Shown one piece after another: positions 9,195 through 19,237 of a stretch of DNA of 64,000 bases (position 1 is its first letter; each line of letters starts with the position of its first letter). The DNA comes from Candidatus Moraniibacteriota bacterium (GTDB taxonomy: Bacteria; Patescibacteriota; Minisyncoccia; Moranbacterales; GCA-2747515), in contig JAXGYI010000001.1 in assembly GCA_040772365.1 (NCBI GenBank), positions 5,416 to 69,415 of the forward strand. The letters run 5' to 3'. The notes under the pieces are model-generated. The model saw nothing but the letters and a program-made list of their open reading frames with translations, did not search any database and was not told where the DNA came from. A program made the translations under genes and the position numbers.

Positions 9195-10018
9195 TCAGAC
9201 ATCTTCCGGCGAATCTCTCTTCCCCATAAGAGGTCTGGAGTAAGATTCACCGGGCGCCAAGTCGCCCGAAAAAAATATTTTATGGGCATGGCGCCCGGTA
9301 TAGTTCGCATGCACGAACATGTAACCTTTCGAGATTTTCTCGCATCGGGTGAGGTATGCGATCAATCTACTAGTGGAACATGTATTTTCTGTACATGCAT
9401 TTTTACGCATGGTATTCCCAGGTTACTTTTACCTGCGTTTTCTTCCACCATCCTACGGATTTCCCCTAATTTTTCTAAAGAACTTTCCACATTTTTTTAT
9501 ATTTTTGTTTGTGGCGATTACCTCCGACAATGCGAAGATAATGTTTTTATTTTTGTTTTGTGTACGAAGCCGGGAACTTTGAAAGACTTCGTGTGTAGTA
9601 ATAATTTTATTACTACAGTAGGACAGGGGAAGAATTTCCAATCACAAATAGGGGGAAATTGTGATTGGAAATTCTTCCTCCATCAAGATATGTTGTAAAG
9701 GTGCGTGTGAATAGTTCTCCTTCACTAGCTGTATACAACCATTATAGCATTTTACATACGCATCGTCAAAGGTAGTGAGGTTTTTTTATGATAAACACAG
9801 ACTTTTCTACGCTCTTTACGATTTAAAAAATACTATCACAACCACTGCGCAAAAAAGAAAGAAAGACTCTTTATAAGAACAGGTGATTTTTATCCACACA
9901 TTATACACAACTTCACAAGTTATCCACAGAATAGATGAGAGTTTGGTATGAAGAAGAAAAACATCACGCACAGAATCACTAGTTTCGTACGGATGTAAAA
10001 GGAAGGTTTGAAGTGGTA

Positions 10019-11116
10019 TTAGTAGCTAAACTCCGGCAGTGGTTCCTGATACGATGTTTTTTCATGTAACATGTCAAAAATTGCACGTAGTGTATTTTTT
10101 GATGTTCCGATAAGCCATTGCTTATTGAGTATGGCATAATCAATAGAGTAGGTTTCTTCCTCATTAAGATTGGTGTAGCGCAACGGTTTATTGTAATAAG
10201 TATTGTCTTGAAAGACAATGGGGTGTGTAGATATAACCTCAGATGAGAGAAAAGGTGCTAGCGCCTGCGAAAGCAGATGCTCTTGTGTTACGAGGGTTGA
10301 TTGTAGTACAAGGGGATCTTTAATATCTACAACGAGACCAAAGCGTATACCTGTTTCAGGATCGTTATAGGCATACAGTTCAAAGTTTTTATCTAAAACG
10401 GAGAGAATGTCTTCTGTGAGACCGAGTTTTGCTGCAAGGGCAAATTGGTGAAAAGATATGGGTGTAGTAGTGCTGTCAGTGACAATGAAAATTACTGGAT
10501 CTGTAGGTGACTGTTGTGAGAGCTGTGTGCGTATTGTGGAGAGCTGTGTTGTAATTTCTGTGGCAACAGAGGGGCTGGCGAGATCAATCGTAAAATAATT
10601 TGGTATACTCAGAGAATATGTAGAAGGTTCAGGTGTTGGATCTTCTTGTAAGGTGGGTATTTCTGGTTCATGTGGTGTATCTGGTGTAGGAGGAGGCGTC
10701 TCTTGTTTTTGTGTGGAGATATAATAATATGCCCCACCAGCTACAAAGAGTATAAGGAGAATACCGGCTGTAATAAGAAGAATCTTTTTCCAGGAAGACT
10801 TTTTCTGCTCTATTGGTTGTGGAGCATCTTGTAATTCTGGAGAAATGTCAGAAATAGCGTAATTGATCTTCTCTTGTTCACTGCTGGATGTTGGGGCAAA
10901 AGTATTTTTACCAATACCATCAGTTTCTGCTGATGGGGTATCAGAAAGGAAGGGGTTTGGTTCGGATGATTTTTTCGGTGATGAGGGTGTGGGTAAGGGT
11001 GTGTCGTGAGATGCTTGCGCGTTTTGCTGTGGTTGTGATTTTCGCGCAGCATTATCACTCTGTAGAGTGTGAACTTCGAAGGGCGTGGTGGGGTTTTTTT
11101 GATTTTTGTTTTCCAT
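10019..11116 (-). CDS. Hypothetical bitopic membrane protein with a disordered Pro/Ser/Thr/Gln-rich N-terminus
   Basis: 365 aa; single TM helix ILLITAGILLILFVAGGAYYYI; low-complexity flanks. Real start uncertain. Confidence 0.55.
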   Translation of the reverse strand: MENKNQKNPTTPFEVHTLQSDNAARKSQPQQNAQASHDTPLPTPSSPKKSSEPNPFLSDTPSAETDGIGKNTFAPTSSSEQEKINYAISDISPELQDAPQPIEQKKSSWKKILLITAGILLILFVAGGAYYYISTQKQETPPPTPDTPHEPEIPTLQEDPTPEPSTYSLSIPNYFTIDLASPSVATEITTQLSTIRTQLSQQSPTDPVIFIVTDSTTTPISFHQFALAAKLGLTEDILSVLDKNFELYAYNDPETGIRFGLVVDIKDPLVLQSTLVTQEHLLSQALAPFLSSEVISTHPIVFQDNTYYNKPLRYTNLNEEETYSIDYAILNKQWLIGTSKNTLRAIFDMLHEKTSYQEPLPEFSY

Positions 11117-11190
11117 AATATAGTAGGTGAAGCTAAAGACATTGCATAATGCAATGTCTTTAGTGTAGCATAGAATGCTGTGAAATAAAA

Positions 11191-13317
11191 CTATGCTTTT
11201 GGAAGCAGGGCCTTCATGGATAAATTGATGCGTCCCTGACTGTCAATCTCTTTTACTTTTACGGAAATAGTATCGCCAAGCTTTACAATGTCTTCTACGC
11301 TGTTAACGCGATGGTGTGCAAGTTCACTAATGTGCACAAGACCATCTTTACCAGGAAGAATTTGTACGAACGCCCCAAACTCCATAATACGTACAACTGT
11401 ACCTTCAAATACCTCTCCTGCCACAACATCACGCGTGAGGTTGTGTACCATACTCTGTGCTGATGCAGCACTTTGTCCATCTGGTGCGGTAATAAAAACC
11501 GTACCATCATCCTCAATGTCGACGCAAACACCAGTTTTATCAATAATATCATTGATAATTTTTCCACCAGGACCAATGACGTCGCGAATCTTATCCGGGT
11601 GAATATGCATTGTGATAATGCGTGGTGCATATGGTGAGAGGTCACTATTCGGCTGTGGGATTGTTGCGAGCATTTTATCGAGAATGTGCATCCGTCCACT
11701 GCGTGCCTGCTCAAGTGTTGCGCGGAACATTTCTGCAGTAATACCAGACATTTTTACATCCATCTGTACGGCAGTGATACCTTTTTCTGTGCCTGCGACT
11801 TTAAGATCCATATCACCGTAGTGGTCTTCTGCACCCTGGATATCAGAGAGAACGGTGTAGGTGCCAGATGTATCACTCATCATGCCCATAGCAATACCAC
11901 TAACAGGTCGTGTAATAGGAACACCAGCATGCATTAGCGAGAGCGTGGACCCACAGGTTGCTGCCATTGATGATGATCCATTTGATTCTAGAATTTCTGA
12001 TACCAAGAGCATTGTATAAGGAAAGGCATCTTTCTGAGGTAGTACAGGAAGGAGGGCTTTTTCTGCCAAAGCGCCGTGCCCGATTTCACGTCGACCAGGT
12101 CCGCGCATAAAGCGTACTTCACCAACAGAGTATGGAGGAAAGTTATAGTGGTGAATGTAGGCTTTTTTCTTATCCACCTCCATTGTATCAATAATTTGTT
12201 GATCACCTGGCGCGCCAAGTGTTGTCACGGTTAGTGCCTGTGTCTCTCCACGTGTAAATAGAGCAGAGCCGTGTGGACGCGGCAAGATGCCAACATCACA
12301 TGTGATAGGGCGAATTTCATCAGGCGTCCGTCCGTCTGGGCGACGATTGTTTTCGATAATATTACGATGCACGATAGTATCGCAGATATCATCATAGACT
12401 AGGGAGAAAATGTCGGAAAAGTACTCCTTCTCATCTTCCTCAAGTGTCTCTTCTACTGCAGATTTTGCTGTATCATACACATGTGTAGTTTGTGCTGCAA
12501 TCTCTGTTTTTGTGCCGTAGAGCGCATCTTCAATGCCGTGAGAGAGGAGTACCTCTTTAATGCGATTTTCCAGATCATCGCTACCGCGGAGGAGCGTTGC
12601 AGCGCGTTTTGGCACACCAACCTCTGCGACAATCTCACGAATAAACTTTGTGATTTCCCCAACAGCTTCATGACCTTTTTCGAATGCGTGCAATAAATCT
12701 TCTTCGGGCACCTCTTGTGCACTAGCTTCTATCATGTTGATCTTTTTATCAGTTCCAGATAATGTAAGGTGTAGCACGCTATTTTCTTCTTGAGCGGTTG
12801 TTGGATTGATAATAATTTTTCCATCAACCATGCCGACGCGTACAGCGCCAACAGGACCATCCCAAGGAATATCGGAAATTGCTAGTGCAGCACTTGCAGC
12901 AATGATTGAGATGATATCAGGATCGTTTTCACCATCAATAGAGAGCACAGTAAGCACAACCTGGACTTCATTACGCATGCGCATATTAAAGAGAGGGCGA
13001 ATCGTGCGATCCACCGCACGTCCAGCTAAAACAGCATCATCACTTGGACGACCTTCACGCTTGATAAAGCGAGAACCCTTAATCTTCCCTGCAGCGTAAT
13101 AGCGTTCTTCATAATCAACCATTAGCGGAAAATAGCCCATAACACCGCTTTTGTTTTTACTCATTACAGCAGTGGCAAGGACCTGTGTATCACCGCAGCG
13201 CACCATTACAGCGCCGTCAGCTTGTTTTGCAACGCGACCGGTTTCAATAGTGAAATCACGGCCAGCAATTGATCGTGTCCATGTACGTAGTGGATGTAGC
13301 ATGTTTCTGTGCCGCAC
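11191..13317 (-). CDS. pnp: Polynucleotide phosphorylase (polyribonucleotide nucleotidyltransferase)
   Basis: Two RNase PH-like domains, then KH ([15 protein letters not shown]) and S1 ([18 protein letters not shown]) domains. 708 aa; start may be the Met 5 codons downstream. Confidence 0.95.
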   Translation of the reverse strand: MRHRNMLHPLRTWTRSIAGRDFTIETGRVAKQADGAVMVRCGDTQVLATAVMSKNKSGVMGYFPLMVDYEERYYAAGKIKGSRFIKREGRPSDDAVLAGRAVDRTIRPLFNMRMRNEVQVVLTVLSIDGENDPDIISIIAASAALAISDIPWDGPVGAVRVGMVDGKIIINPTTAQEENSVLHLTLSGTDKKINMIEASAQEVPEEDLLHAFEKGHEAVGEITKFIREIVAEVGVPKRAATLLRGSDDLENRIKEVLLSHGIEDALYGTKTEIAAQTTHVYDTAKSAVEETLEEDEKEYFSDIFSLVYDDICDTIVHRNIIENNRRPDGRTPDEIRPITCDVGILPRPHGSALFTRGETQALTVTTLGAPGDQQIIDTMEVDKKKAYIHHYNFPPYSVGEVRFMRGPGRREIGHGALAEKALLPVLPQKDAFPYTMLLVSEILESNGSSSMAATCGSTLSLMHAGVPITRPVSGIAMGMMSDTSGTYTVLSDIQGAEDHYGDMDLKVAGTEKGITAVQMDVKMSGITAEMFRATLEQARSGRMHILDKMLATIPQPNSDLSPYAPRIITMHIHPDKIRDVIGPGGKIINDIIDKTGVCVDIEDDGTVFITAPDGQSAASAQSMVHNLTRDVVAGEVFEGTVVRIMEFGAFVQILPGKDGLVHISELAHHRVNSVEDIVKLGDTISVKVKEIDSQGRINLSMKALLPKA

Positions 13318-13479
13318 ACATAGACAGTCTATAAATATACAGATATCATTCGCATTGAAGATCGTGCGACAGAAATCTGTATTTTCATAGGATGGCTATG
13401 TACGGCAAAAATAAAAATTATCTATGGTGCAGTATGACATGGATGGAGATGAAAGTCAATTATATGGTATACTGAAAAT

Positions 13480-14142
13480 GTGATCTTTTACCATGGATAC
13501 AGCATGACTTCTTTTGAAAAAAAACTCATTGTAGAGAGTAGCCGAGAGTCTATGTTTCTGCGTACATTGAAACACATAGATTTTGGTGTATCTATGATAC
13601 TACGTAATTATGGCGTAGAAGATCTATTCAATACCCCTGTGGATGAATTTGTACGTAATACATATGCATCAGAAAAAGAAGACGCGGCAAAACTGTCTGA
13701 TACAGAGAGGGCTGTCTTAGAATCTAAAATTACAGCGCAGCACTCCATTGAGCTTTTACAACAAAGTATTCGAGGGTATTTTTATGCAGCTGCCACAGGC
13801 ATTAAAAATCGTAAGTTGCGCGAACAGCAAGCACGTCATGGAAAAAACTTTAAAGAAGCGGAGTTTGCACAAGCTCTTGAAGAAGCAACGCTTGCTGCCA
13901 CTCAAAACCTCTGTGATACAACATATACACAATTTCATCATGATATGATACAAATGGCTGCTAAGCATGGCATCACACATGATGCGGAACTTTATTTTAC
14001 GTGGCGTATTGAAAAAAGTGGCCTACCAATCGTATTTACAATGGACACGAGCGACTCTGGACCACGCCTTACAGCACCTGACTTTTATACAGATTCTGCG
14101 CTGCAAGAGTTTCACGCGTGGAATCGTGAAATGTCAATGTAA
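13480..14142 (+). CDS. Hypothetical protein (220 aa)
   Basis: Long ORF with codon-usage-like composition; no recognised motif. Confidence 0.5.
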   Translation: MIFYHGYSMTSFEKKLIVESSRESMFLRTLKHIDFGVSMILRNYGVEDLFNTPVDEFVRNTYASEKEDAAKLSDTERAVLESKITAQHSIELLQQSIRGYFYAAATGIKNRKLREQQARHGKNFKEAEFAQALEEATLAATQNLCDTTYTQFHHDMIQMAAKHGITHDAELYFTWRIEKSGLPIVFTMDTSDSGPRLTAPDFYTDSALQEFHAWNREMSM

Positions 14143-14154
14143 TACAGTGAGGTT

Positions 14155-14472
14155 ATGATGGCACAAAAAAAGCAAAAACAAAAGATTGCAGAGCTGCTTT
14201 TAGAACGGGTTGATCTTGGTGATATTACGGAGACCAAGAAACTCTTTCTTTTGGATAAAATTAACACAATTCTCACCAAGCGTATTATTGCGGCGCTTAT
14301 TCTGCATGCTCCTGCAGATAAAAAAGATCTTTTTGTAGAGAAGATTAATCAGCATAAAGATCAGCCGGATAGGATCATTCTCTTCATTGATCACTTCATT
14401 CCCGATGCGGACAGTATTATTGATGCCGAAATTACTAAGGTTTCCGATGAAATCATGCAGAGTCTACAGTGA
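14155..14472 (+). CDS. Hypothetical protein (105 aa)
   Basis: ORF tightly following the previous gene on the same strand; no motif. Confidence 0.4.
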   Translation: MMAQKKQKQKIAELLLERVDLGDITETKKLFLLDKINTILTKRIIAALILHAPADKKDLFVEKINQHKDQPDRIILFIDHFIPDADSIIDAEITKVSDEIMQSLQ

Positions 14473-14604
14473 CTCTGTTAATAGTAAATCGGATACGATA
14501 AAGGTGCTTTCATAATAAGAGCATTTTTTTATTTGGAAAAAGGTGTGATATGTGTAGGGTGTTACTACAGAATAACTATTGCTACAAGGAAGCAAGGTAA
14601 ACCA

Positions 14605-14633
14605 TTGACAATGAAACAAAAGTATGCTATAAT
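14605..14633 (+). promoter_or_regulatory. Consensus sigma-70-type promoter (TTGACA-17-TATAAT) upstream of the 3D-domain gene, leaving a 5' leader of about 90 nt
   Basis: Exact TTGACA at 14605-14610, 17-nt spacer, TATAAT at 14628-14633. Confidence 0.6.
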
Positions 14634-14725
14634 GGTCGGTCATGTGAAAAAATCGCATGATCGCGCTATCTGTGTGAAAAGCACGCACAAAGTAGCACAG
14701 GCGCGGTAAACCGTGAGTCTCGTTC

Positions 14726-15202
14726 ATGAGGTTTATCATTATCAGTATACTTTTTCTTGCGCTGGGTATTATGAGTACAACACCTGCGCATGCTGCAGAA
14801 ATTCAGATCGTGCAGTTCCCTACAATCTATCAGTACATGACAGAAATGCTTAATATTACACATATTGCACATGCAGAGAGTATTCCTGTGCAGCCAGTTG
14901 CTTATATAGAGCACTCCGATACATTTACAATTAATGCATCCGCATACACGGCCGCTGCTGATGAGTGTGGTAAAAGTGATGGTATTACTGCTTCCGGTGC
15001 AAAAGTTACACCGCAGCGCACACTTGCCTGCCCCCCGTCATATGCCTTTGGTACGAAAATCCACATTGTTGGTATGGGCGAGTATGTCTGTGAAGACCGT
15101 GGCGGTGCAATTAAGGGCAATAAGTTTGATATCTATATGGAAACAAAAAAAGAGGCATTCGCATTCGGGCGTCGTCAGCTTGAGGCATATGTCATTCTAT
15201 AA
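14726..15202 (+). CDS. Secreted 3D-domain protein (MltA/YuiC-like cell-wall-binding or lytic-transglycosylase-like)
   Basis: Signal peptide MRFIIISILFLALGIMSTTPAHA; C-terminal 3D motif CEDRGGAIKGNKFDIYME with conserved Asp residues. Confidence 0.7.
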   Translation: MRFIIISILFLALGIMSTTPAHAAEIQIVQFPTIYQYMTEMLNITHIAHAESIPVQPVAYIEHSDTFTINASAYTAAADECGKSDGITASGAKVTPQRTLACPPSYAFGTKIHIVGMGEYVCEDRGGAIKGNKFDIYMETKKEAFAFGRRQLEAYVIL

Positions 15203-15225
15203 TATAGACAATGCTATAATAAAAA

Positions 15226-15264
15226 ATGCAGAAACCACTTCGTATTATTATGAAGTGGTTTTTG
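15226..15264 (+). terminator. Rho-independent terminator after the 3D-domain gene
   Basis: AAACCACTTC-gtattattat-GAAGTGGTTTTTGT. Confidence 0.65.
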
Positions 15265-15268
15265 TGTG

Positions 15269-15353
15269 TGCCCGGGGCGAGACTTGAACTCGCACGAATT
15301 ATGCATTCAAGGAATTTTAAGTCCCTCGTGTCTACCAGTTTCACCACCCGGGC
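15269..15353 (-). tRNA. tRNA-Leu (TAA), class II
   Basis: GCCCGGGTGGTGAAACTGGTAGACAC...anticodon loop CTTAAAA...long variable arm...TTCAAGT...CCCGGGCA. Confidence 0.8.
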
Positions 15354-15382
15354 AAGATGATCGGAAATGATATCATTTTTTG

Positions 15383-15453
15383 AGGTCGCGCCCGGAATTG
15401 AACCGGGGTACAGGGTTTTGCAGACCCTTGCCTAACCACTCGGCCACGCGACC
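15383..15453 (-). tRNA. tRNA-Cys (GCA)
   Basis: GGTCGCGTGGCCGAGTGGTTAGGC, anticodon stem-loop AGGGT-CTGCAAA-ACCCT, T-loop TTCAATT, acceptor CGCGACC. Confidence 0.8.
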
Positions 15454-15492
15454 ATTGTACAGGTGTAAGAGTATCAAATTGTAGCACGGTGG

Positions 15493-16092
15493 TCAATTGC
15501 CGCGCTCTTTAGTGATATGTGTGAGGATTTTGGGAATACGTGCGAAGTCTGCAAAAAGTGTGTCGCGCAGTCCTCCATTGTAGAGTGCTGCTGCAGGATG
15601 GTAGAGTGCATAATAGACACGCGTACCAAGTCCGTCAATAGTACGTCGAAATGCCTTACCATGATCAGAGGAAATGTGTCGGTCAGGTACAAAACGGTTG
15701 AGCGCATGGCGTCCAAGTGGCACAATGAGTAGAGGATCAATAAGTTTCACTTGTTCTTGCAGCCATAGCCAACAATCCGCTACTTCTTCTGGCAGTGGAT
15801 CGCGGTTGTGCGGTGGGCGATATTTCACGATGTTAGTAATGTAAACATCATCTCTTTCTAGGCTGATTGTAGCAAGGAGTTCACTTAAAAATTTTCCCGC
15901 AGCGCCGACAAATGGTTCCCCCATTTCATCCTCCTTTGCCCCCGGCGCCTCACCAATAAACATGATGCGTGCGTATGCACTACCCTTTCCTGGCACGACG
16001 TTTGTAGCAGTTTCTTTAAGTGCGCATGCACACATGTCGTGCATAACAGTATTGAGTTTTTCAAGTTGTTGCTGCTTGTTTGCAGATGGCAT
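15493..16092 (-). CDS. Family-4 uracil-DNA glycosylase
   Basis: GEAPGAKEDEMGEPFVGAAGKFL motif (GEAPG...PFVGxAG) is typical of family-4 UDG. Confidence 0.8.
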   Translation of the reverse strand: MPSANKQQQLEKLNTVMHDMCACALKETATNVVPGKGSAYARIMFIGEAPGAKEDEMGEPFVGAAGKFLSELLATISLERDDVYITNIVKYRPPHNRDPLPEEVADCWLWLQEQVKLIDPLLIVPLGRHALNRFVPDRHISSDHGKAFRRTIDGLGTRVYYALYHPAAALYNGGLRDTLFADFARIPKILTHITKERGN

Positions 16093-16129
16093 AGGGCTGA
16101 GGTGGTGATTTTATAGAGGCACTCTTATA

Positions 16130-17107
16130 TTATACCACGCGCCACCCGCCATGTGCATCAACCTCAATATGTCCAGGCATACTAAAGCCACTTGCCAAAG
16201 GATGTCCACCACCTCCCAGACGGTGTGCAATTGCTGACACATCGATATTGGCATGTTTTTCGGCGCGCAGACTACCCTTTATCATATTTTTTCCCGATTG
16301 ATAGATAATAAGTGCTGCTTTTACTGTAGGAACAGTGGTCAGCATGGAGGCAATATTGGAAACCTCTGCACTGTTGATGGCATAGTGATCTCTATCATCT
16401 TGCGTGAGAGCAGTAACGGCAAGTCCACTCTCTTTATAGAATTTTGTTCTTTCCAGTGCTTTACCCCATAAATTTAACGTTTCAATTTTGCGGTTGGCAA
16501 AGAGTGTAGAAATAATTTTTGTAATAGAGGCACCTTTGCGAATAAGATCCGAAGAAATGTGTAAAATATCAGCTGTTGTGTTGGCGTGTTGAAATGCGCC
16601 TGTATCACCGATGATACCACCCAAAAGTGCATGCGCAATGTTTTTTGTTATAGGGAGTCCAGTGTGGATGAAGAAGTTATAAAGCACCTCACATGTTGCA
16701 GCATATCCCCCATCTACAATACGTATATCAGCATCTAGTGTAATGTCATGGTGGTGATCAATAATGATAGTTACACAATCATCGTGCAGTTGCGGAATAA
16801 TTTTTTCAAAACCACGCTCTACACTATCACAGCCGATAGCAACATCAAACACCGATAAATCAAGGTCACTAGGGTGCACAAAGGGTATGTGTGGGTTGAT
16901 GATTGTTAAGCTGTCAGGCATACGATCAAAGCACGCAATCGTGACTTTTTTGTGGTAATTTTGCACGATGAAGTCGTGAAGCGCAGTTGCAGATCCTACA
17001 GCATCAAGATCCGGATGTGTATGTGGCATGATTACAACGTGTTGCGCATTGCGCAATACGTAATCTACTGTGGAAAACTCTTTAAAAAAAAGGTTTTTTG
17101 TAGGCAT
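16130..17107 (-). CDS. nrnA: DHH/DHHA1 phosphoesterase (NrnA-like oligoribonuclease / pAp phosphatase)
   Basis: HTHPDLDAVGS, IIIDHHHD and GGGH motifs of the DHH family. Confidence 0.8.
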   Translation of the reverse strand: MPTKNLFFKEFSTVDYVLRNAQHVVIMPHTHPDLDAVGSATALHDFIVQNYHKKVTIACFDRMPDSLTIINPHIPFVHPSDLDLSVFDVAIGCDSVERGFEKIIPQLHDDCVTIIIDHHHDITLDADIRIVDGGYAATCEVLYNFFIHTGLPITKNIAHALLGGIIGDTGAFQHANTTADILHISSDLIRKGASITKIISTLFANRKIETLNLWGKALERTKFYKESGLAVTALTQDDRDHYAINSAEVSNIASMLTTVPTVKAALIIYQSGKNMIKGSLRAEKHANIDVSAIAHRLGGGGHPLASGFSMPGHIEVDAHGGWRVV

Positions 17108-17151
17108 AGAGCAACAGAGGTATCGGCGTTTATAGAGACAGTTCTCCCCTT

Positions 17152-17496
17152 CTATTCGTGGTTATCAGCATCGGATTGTAACAAGCGATCAATTACATCA
17201 ACTTCATCACCACGTGGATCATGAGCAAAAGATAGCCGTGGCAATATACGCATAGGCATTACCTTATGGAGATTTTTTTGTAACGTGTTGCGTTCGTGTT
17301 CCAAAGTAGCCATGGCATACGACAAGTCTTTTTGCGGAAAGACACGCACGAACACGCGAGTGTAGCGCATATCATCACTTGTGTCAACCTTTGAAATTGT
17401 CACAAAAACACCGGGTTTAAAGTTTATATCACGCGCCATGATTGCAGAGAGTTCTTTTTCGATGACGGCGTTGATTTTACGGATGCGCTCATGCAT
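17152..17496 (-). CDS. rbfA: Ribosome-binding factor A
   Basis: RbfA KH-like fold motifs (VTISKVDTSDDMRYTRVFVRVF). Confidence 0.8.
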   Translation of the reverse strand: MHERIRKINAVIEKELSAIMARDINFKPGVFVTISKVDTSDDMRYTRVFVRVFPQKDLSYAMATLEHERNTLQKNLHKVMPMRILPRLSFAHDPRGDEVDVIDRLLQSDADNHE

Positions 17497-18136
17497 AGAG
17501 ATGCTATAAAAAGGATAGTTGTATGCGTGTTTTTATACAATACACGATGGTGTCTGTCTCGATCAAAGTTGTGGTGTGCCCCATAGTATTTTCTGTGCGC
17601 GTGTTGTATAAAATCAATGCTTGCTCTAGTTTTTAGGTCTCTGTGACTAATATCACAGGTCGAAAAGTGTGTACGTGGAAGTTCTTTGCGGATGTCACCA
17701 CCCCAGATCTCAGAAAAATCATTCTTGCTATGTGGTACGCTCTGGTGCTTCTTTCCAGTTGGCACAAACTGAGTACAGTACAGTGTATGTTGTAGAAAGA
17801 AAATGCGATGGGAGATAGGCCATCACAGCAATGGTGGCTATGCGTGCAGTTGATAACGTGAATACTACAGATAGTGTGTAAAGCCTTTCTTTAAAGGCTC
17901 TTCCCTATTTTTAATGTAGCATACTATGAATAGACGTGTAAAGTGCGATTTTCATGACGAAATAATGTGCTACATAGCACGTCAACTCACTCAATGTAGT
18001 AACGTAAAATCCATGGATTGCTGTGTGATGTTGTAACACGTGGACCTATAGATGGGTAAGTTCCTCACTCTCTACAGGCTTCTATCAGTGTAAACCCTTG
18101 GTTTAAAGAGATTTTTGGTGAGATTTTTATGAGAGG

Positions 18137-18208
18137 TGCCCTTGGGAAGAATCGAACTTCCATCTAATCCTTAGGAGTGATTTGTTCTATCCATTGAACT
18201 ACAAGGGC
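18137..18208 (-). tRNA. tRNA-Arg (CCT) lying inside the long rbfA-nrdD intergenic region
   Basis: GCCCTTGTAGTTCAATGGATAGAAC, anticodon loop CTCCTAA, T-arm GGAAGTTCGATTCTTCC, acceptor CAAGGGC+A. There is an A-G mismatch at the bottom of the anticodon stem. Confidence 0.7.
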
Positions 18209-18372
18209 CTGGGGGACCCCCCCTTCCCTTTATTGTAGCGATTTTTCTGGAATCTTTCAATGAGGCTACGCAAGTGGTTATTATTAAAATATATTACATA
18301 AAATATGTCAAGTTTAAAATCCCCTATTTACTACACATTCTCTATAGTTGCACGATAATATTCTTCTCACCA

Positions 18373-19084
18373 TGTTCCACGTGGAACAGTGTGTATGCGA
18401 ATATATTTTCTACGAACTATGCAGTTTTTCCTTCTCGATTAAGAATTATACAATGATCTTTTAGTGATTTTTATAGGGTATTTGTAAATTTTTCATGTTC
18501 CACGTGGAACAATAAGCGAAAAGTAGTAATTTAGGGTTTTTCAGGATGTGTTCAGGTCATGCATATAGTATGATCTTTCCATTGTTCCACATGGAACAAT
18601 GGAAAGATGGGGTAATCTATAAAATAATATACTTACCTATGTTCAGATACTTAGTTTATTGGAGAGCCTAATTTTTTAGGGAAAAATTATACGCAGTATA
18701 CCACAAAATATATCTTTGGATCTTTTTGATAAAAACTTTCTTTGAATTTCATATTGTTCCACGTAGAACAAAATAAAGAACTATAAGGTGGGGGCTTTAT
18801 GGAGAAATACCACTAAAAGGTTCCACGTGGAACATTTTAGTGGGCGTATAGCGCATAAGATGCACTTTTAAGAGAATCTATCAAAACCTTACTTAGGGAT
18901 ACTGTTCTACGTGGAACAGTAAGTTAAGTTAAAATAACGCTCTTGATCTAGGTGTGGGATTTTTTTGTGAAGACGTATCGTTCTTTCAAGATATATATTT
19001 AAGAAATAACACAGTATTATCAAAAAAGCATTTTTAAAATCTTTATAAAAAGGATATTCTGAGCGCAGTGTTCCACATGGAACA
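18373..19084. repeat. Array of seven dispersed copies of a 16-bp palindrome (consensus TGTTCCACGTGGAACA) in the non-coding region upstream of nrdD
   Basis: Copies at 18373-18388 and 18496-18511 are perfect. Copies at 18582-18597 (CACATG core), 18755-18770 (1 mismatch), 18819-18834 (GGTTCC...), 18903-18918 (1 mismatch) and 19069-19084 (CACATG core) are variants. Spacings are 123, 86, 173, 64, 84 and 166 bp. Copy 3 extends to a 32-bp palindrome (18574-18605) and copy 5 to a 34-bp palindrome (18810-18843). Confidence 0.9.
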
Positions 19085-19237
19085 GTGTGCAGCGGTGTGC
19101 ACAGAGATATAATCGAAAAATTGCCCTTGTGGTATGATTGGATATAAAACCACAATATATAGTATGTTTGCATATCCTGTGGATAGGCTTCGCTTGCATC
19201 GGTTTTTTGAAAGTGCTACAATGAAAATGTTCAAAAG

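Noticed and set aside
9195-9698. Several 60-140 aa ORFs (9195-9410 minus; 9282-9698 plus; 9349-9582 plus) in the NYN-downstream gap
   Set aside because: They are mutually overlapping and low-complexity or AT-driven, with no RBS or motif. The region is better explained as non-coding (DnaA boxes, inverted repeat).
18373-19084. Considered whether the palindrome array is a CRISPR array
   Set aside because: The repeats are true palindromes, spacing is irregular (64-173 bp), copies are degenerate and not directly repeated, and no cas genes are nearby. This is not a CRISPR architecture.
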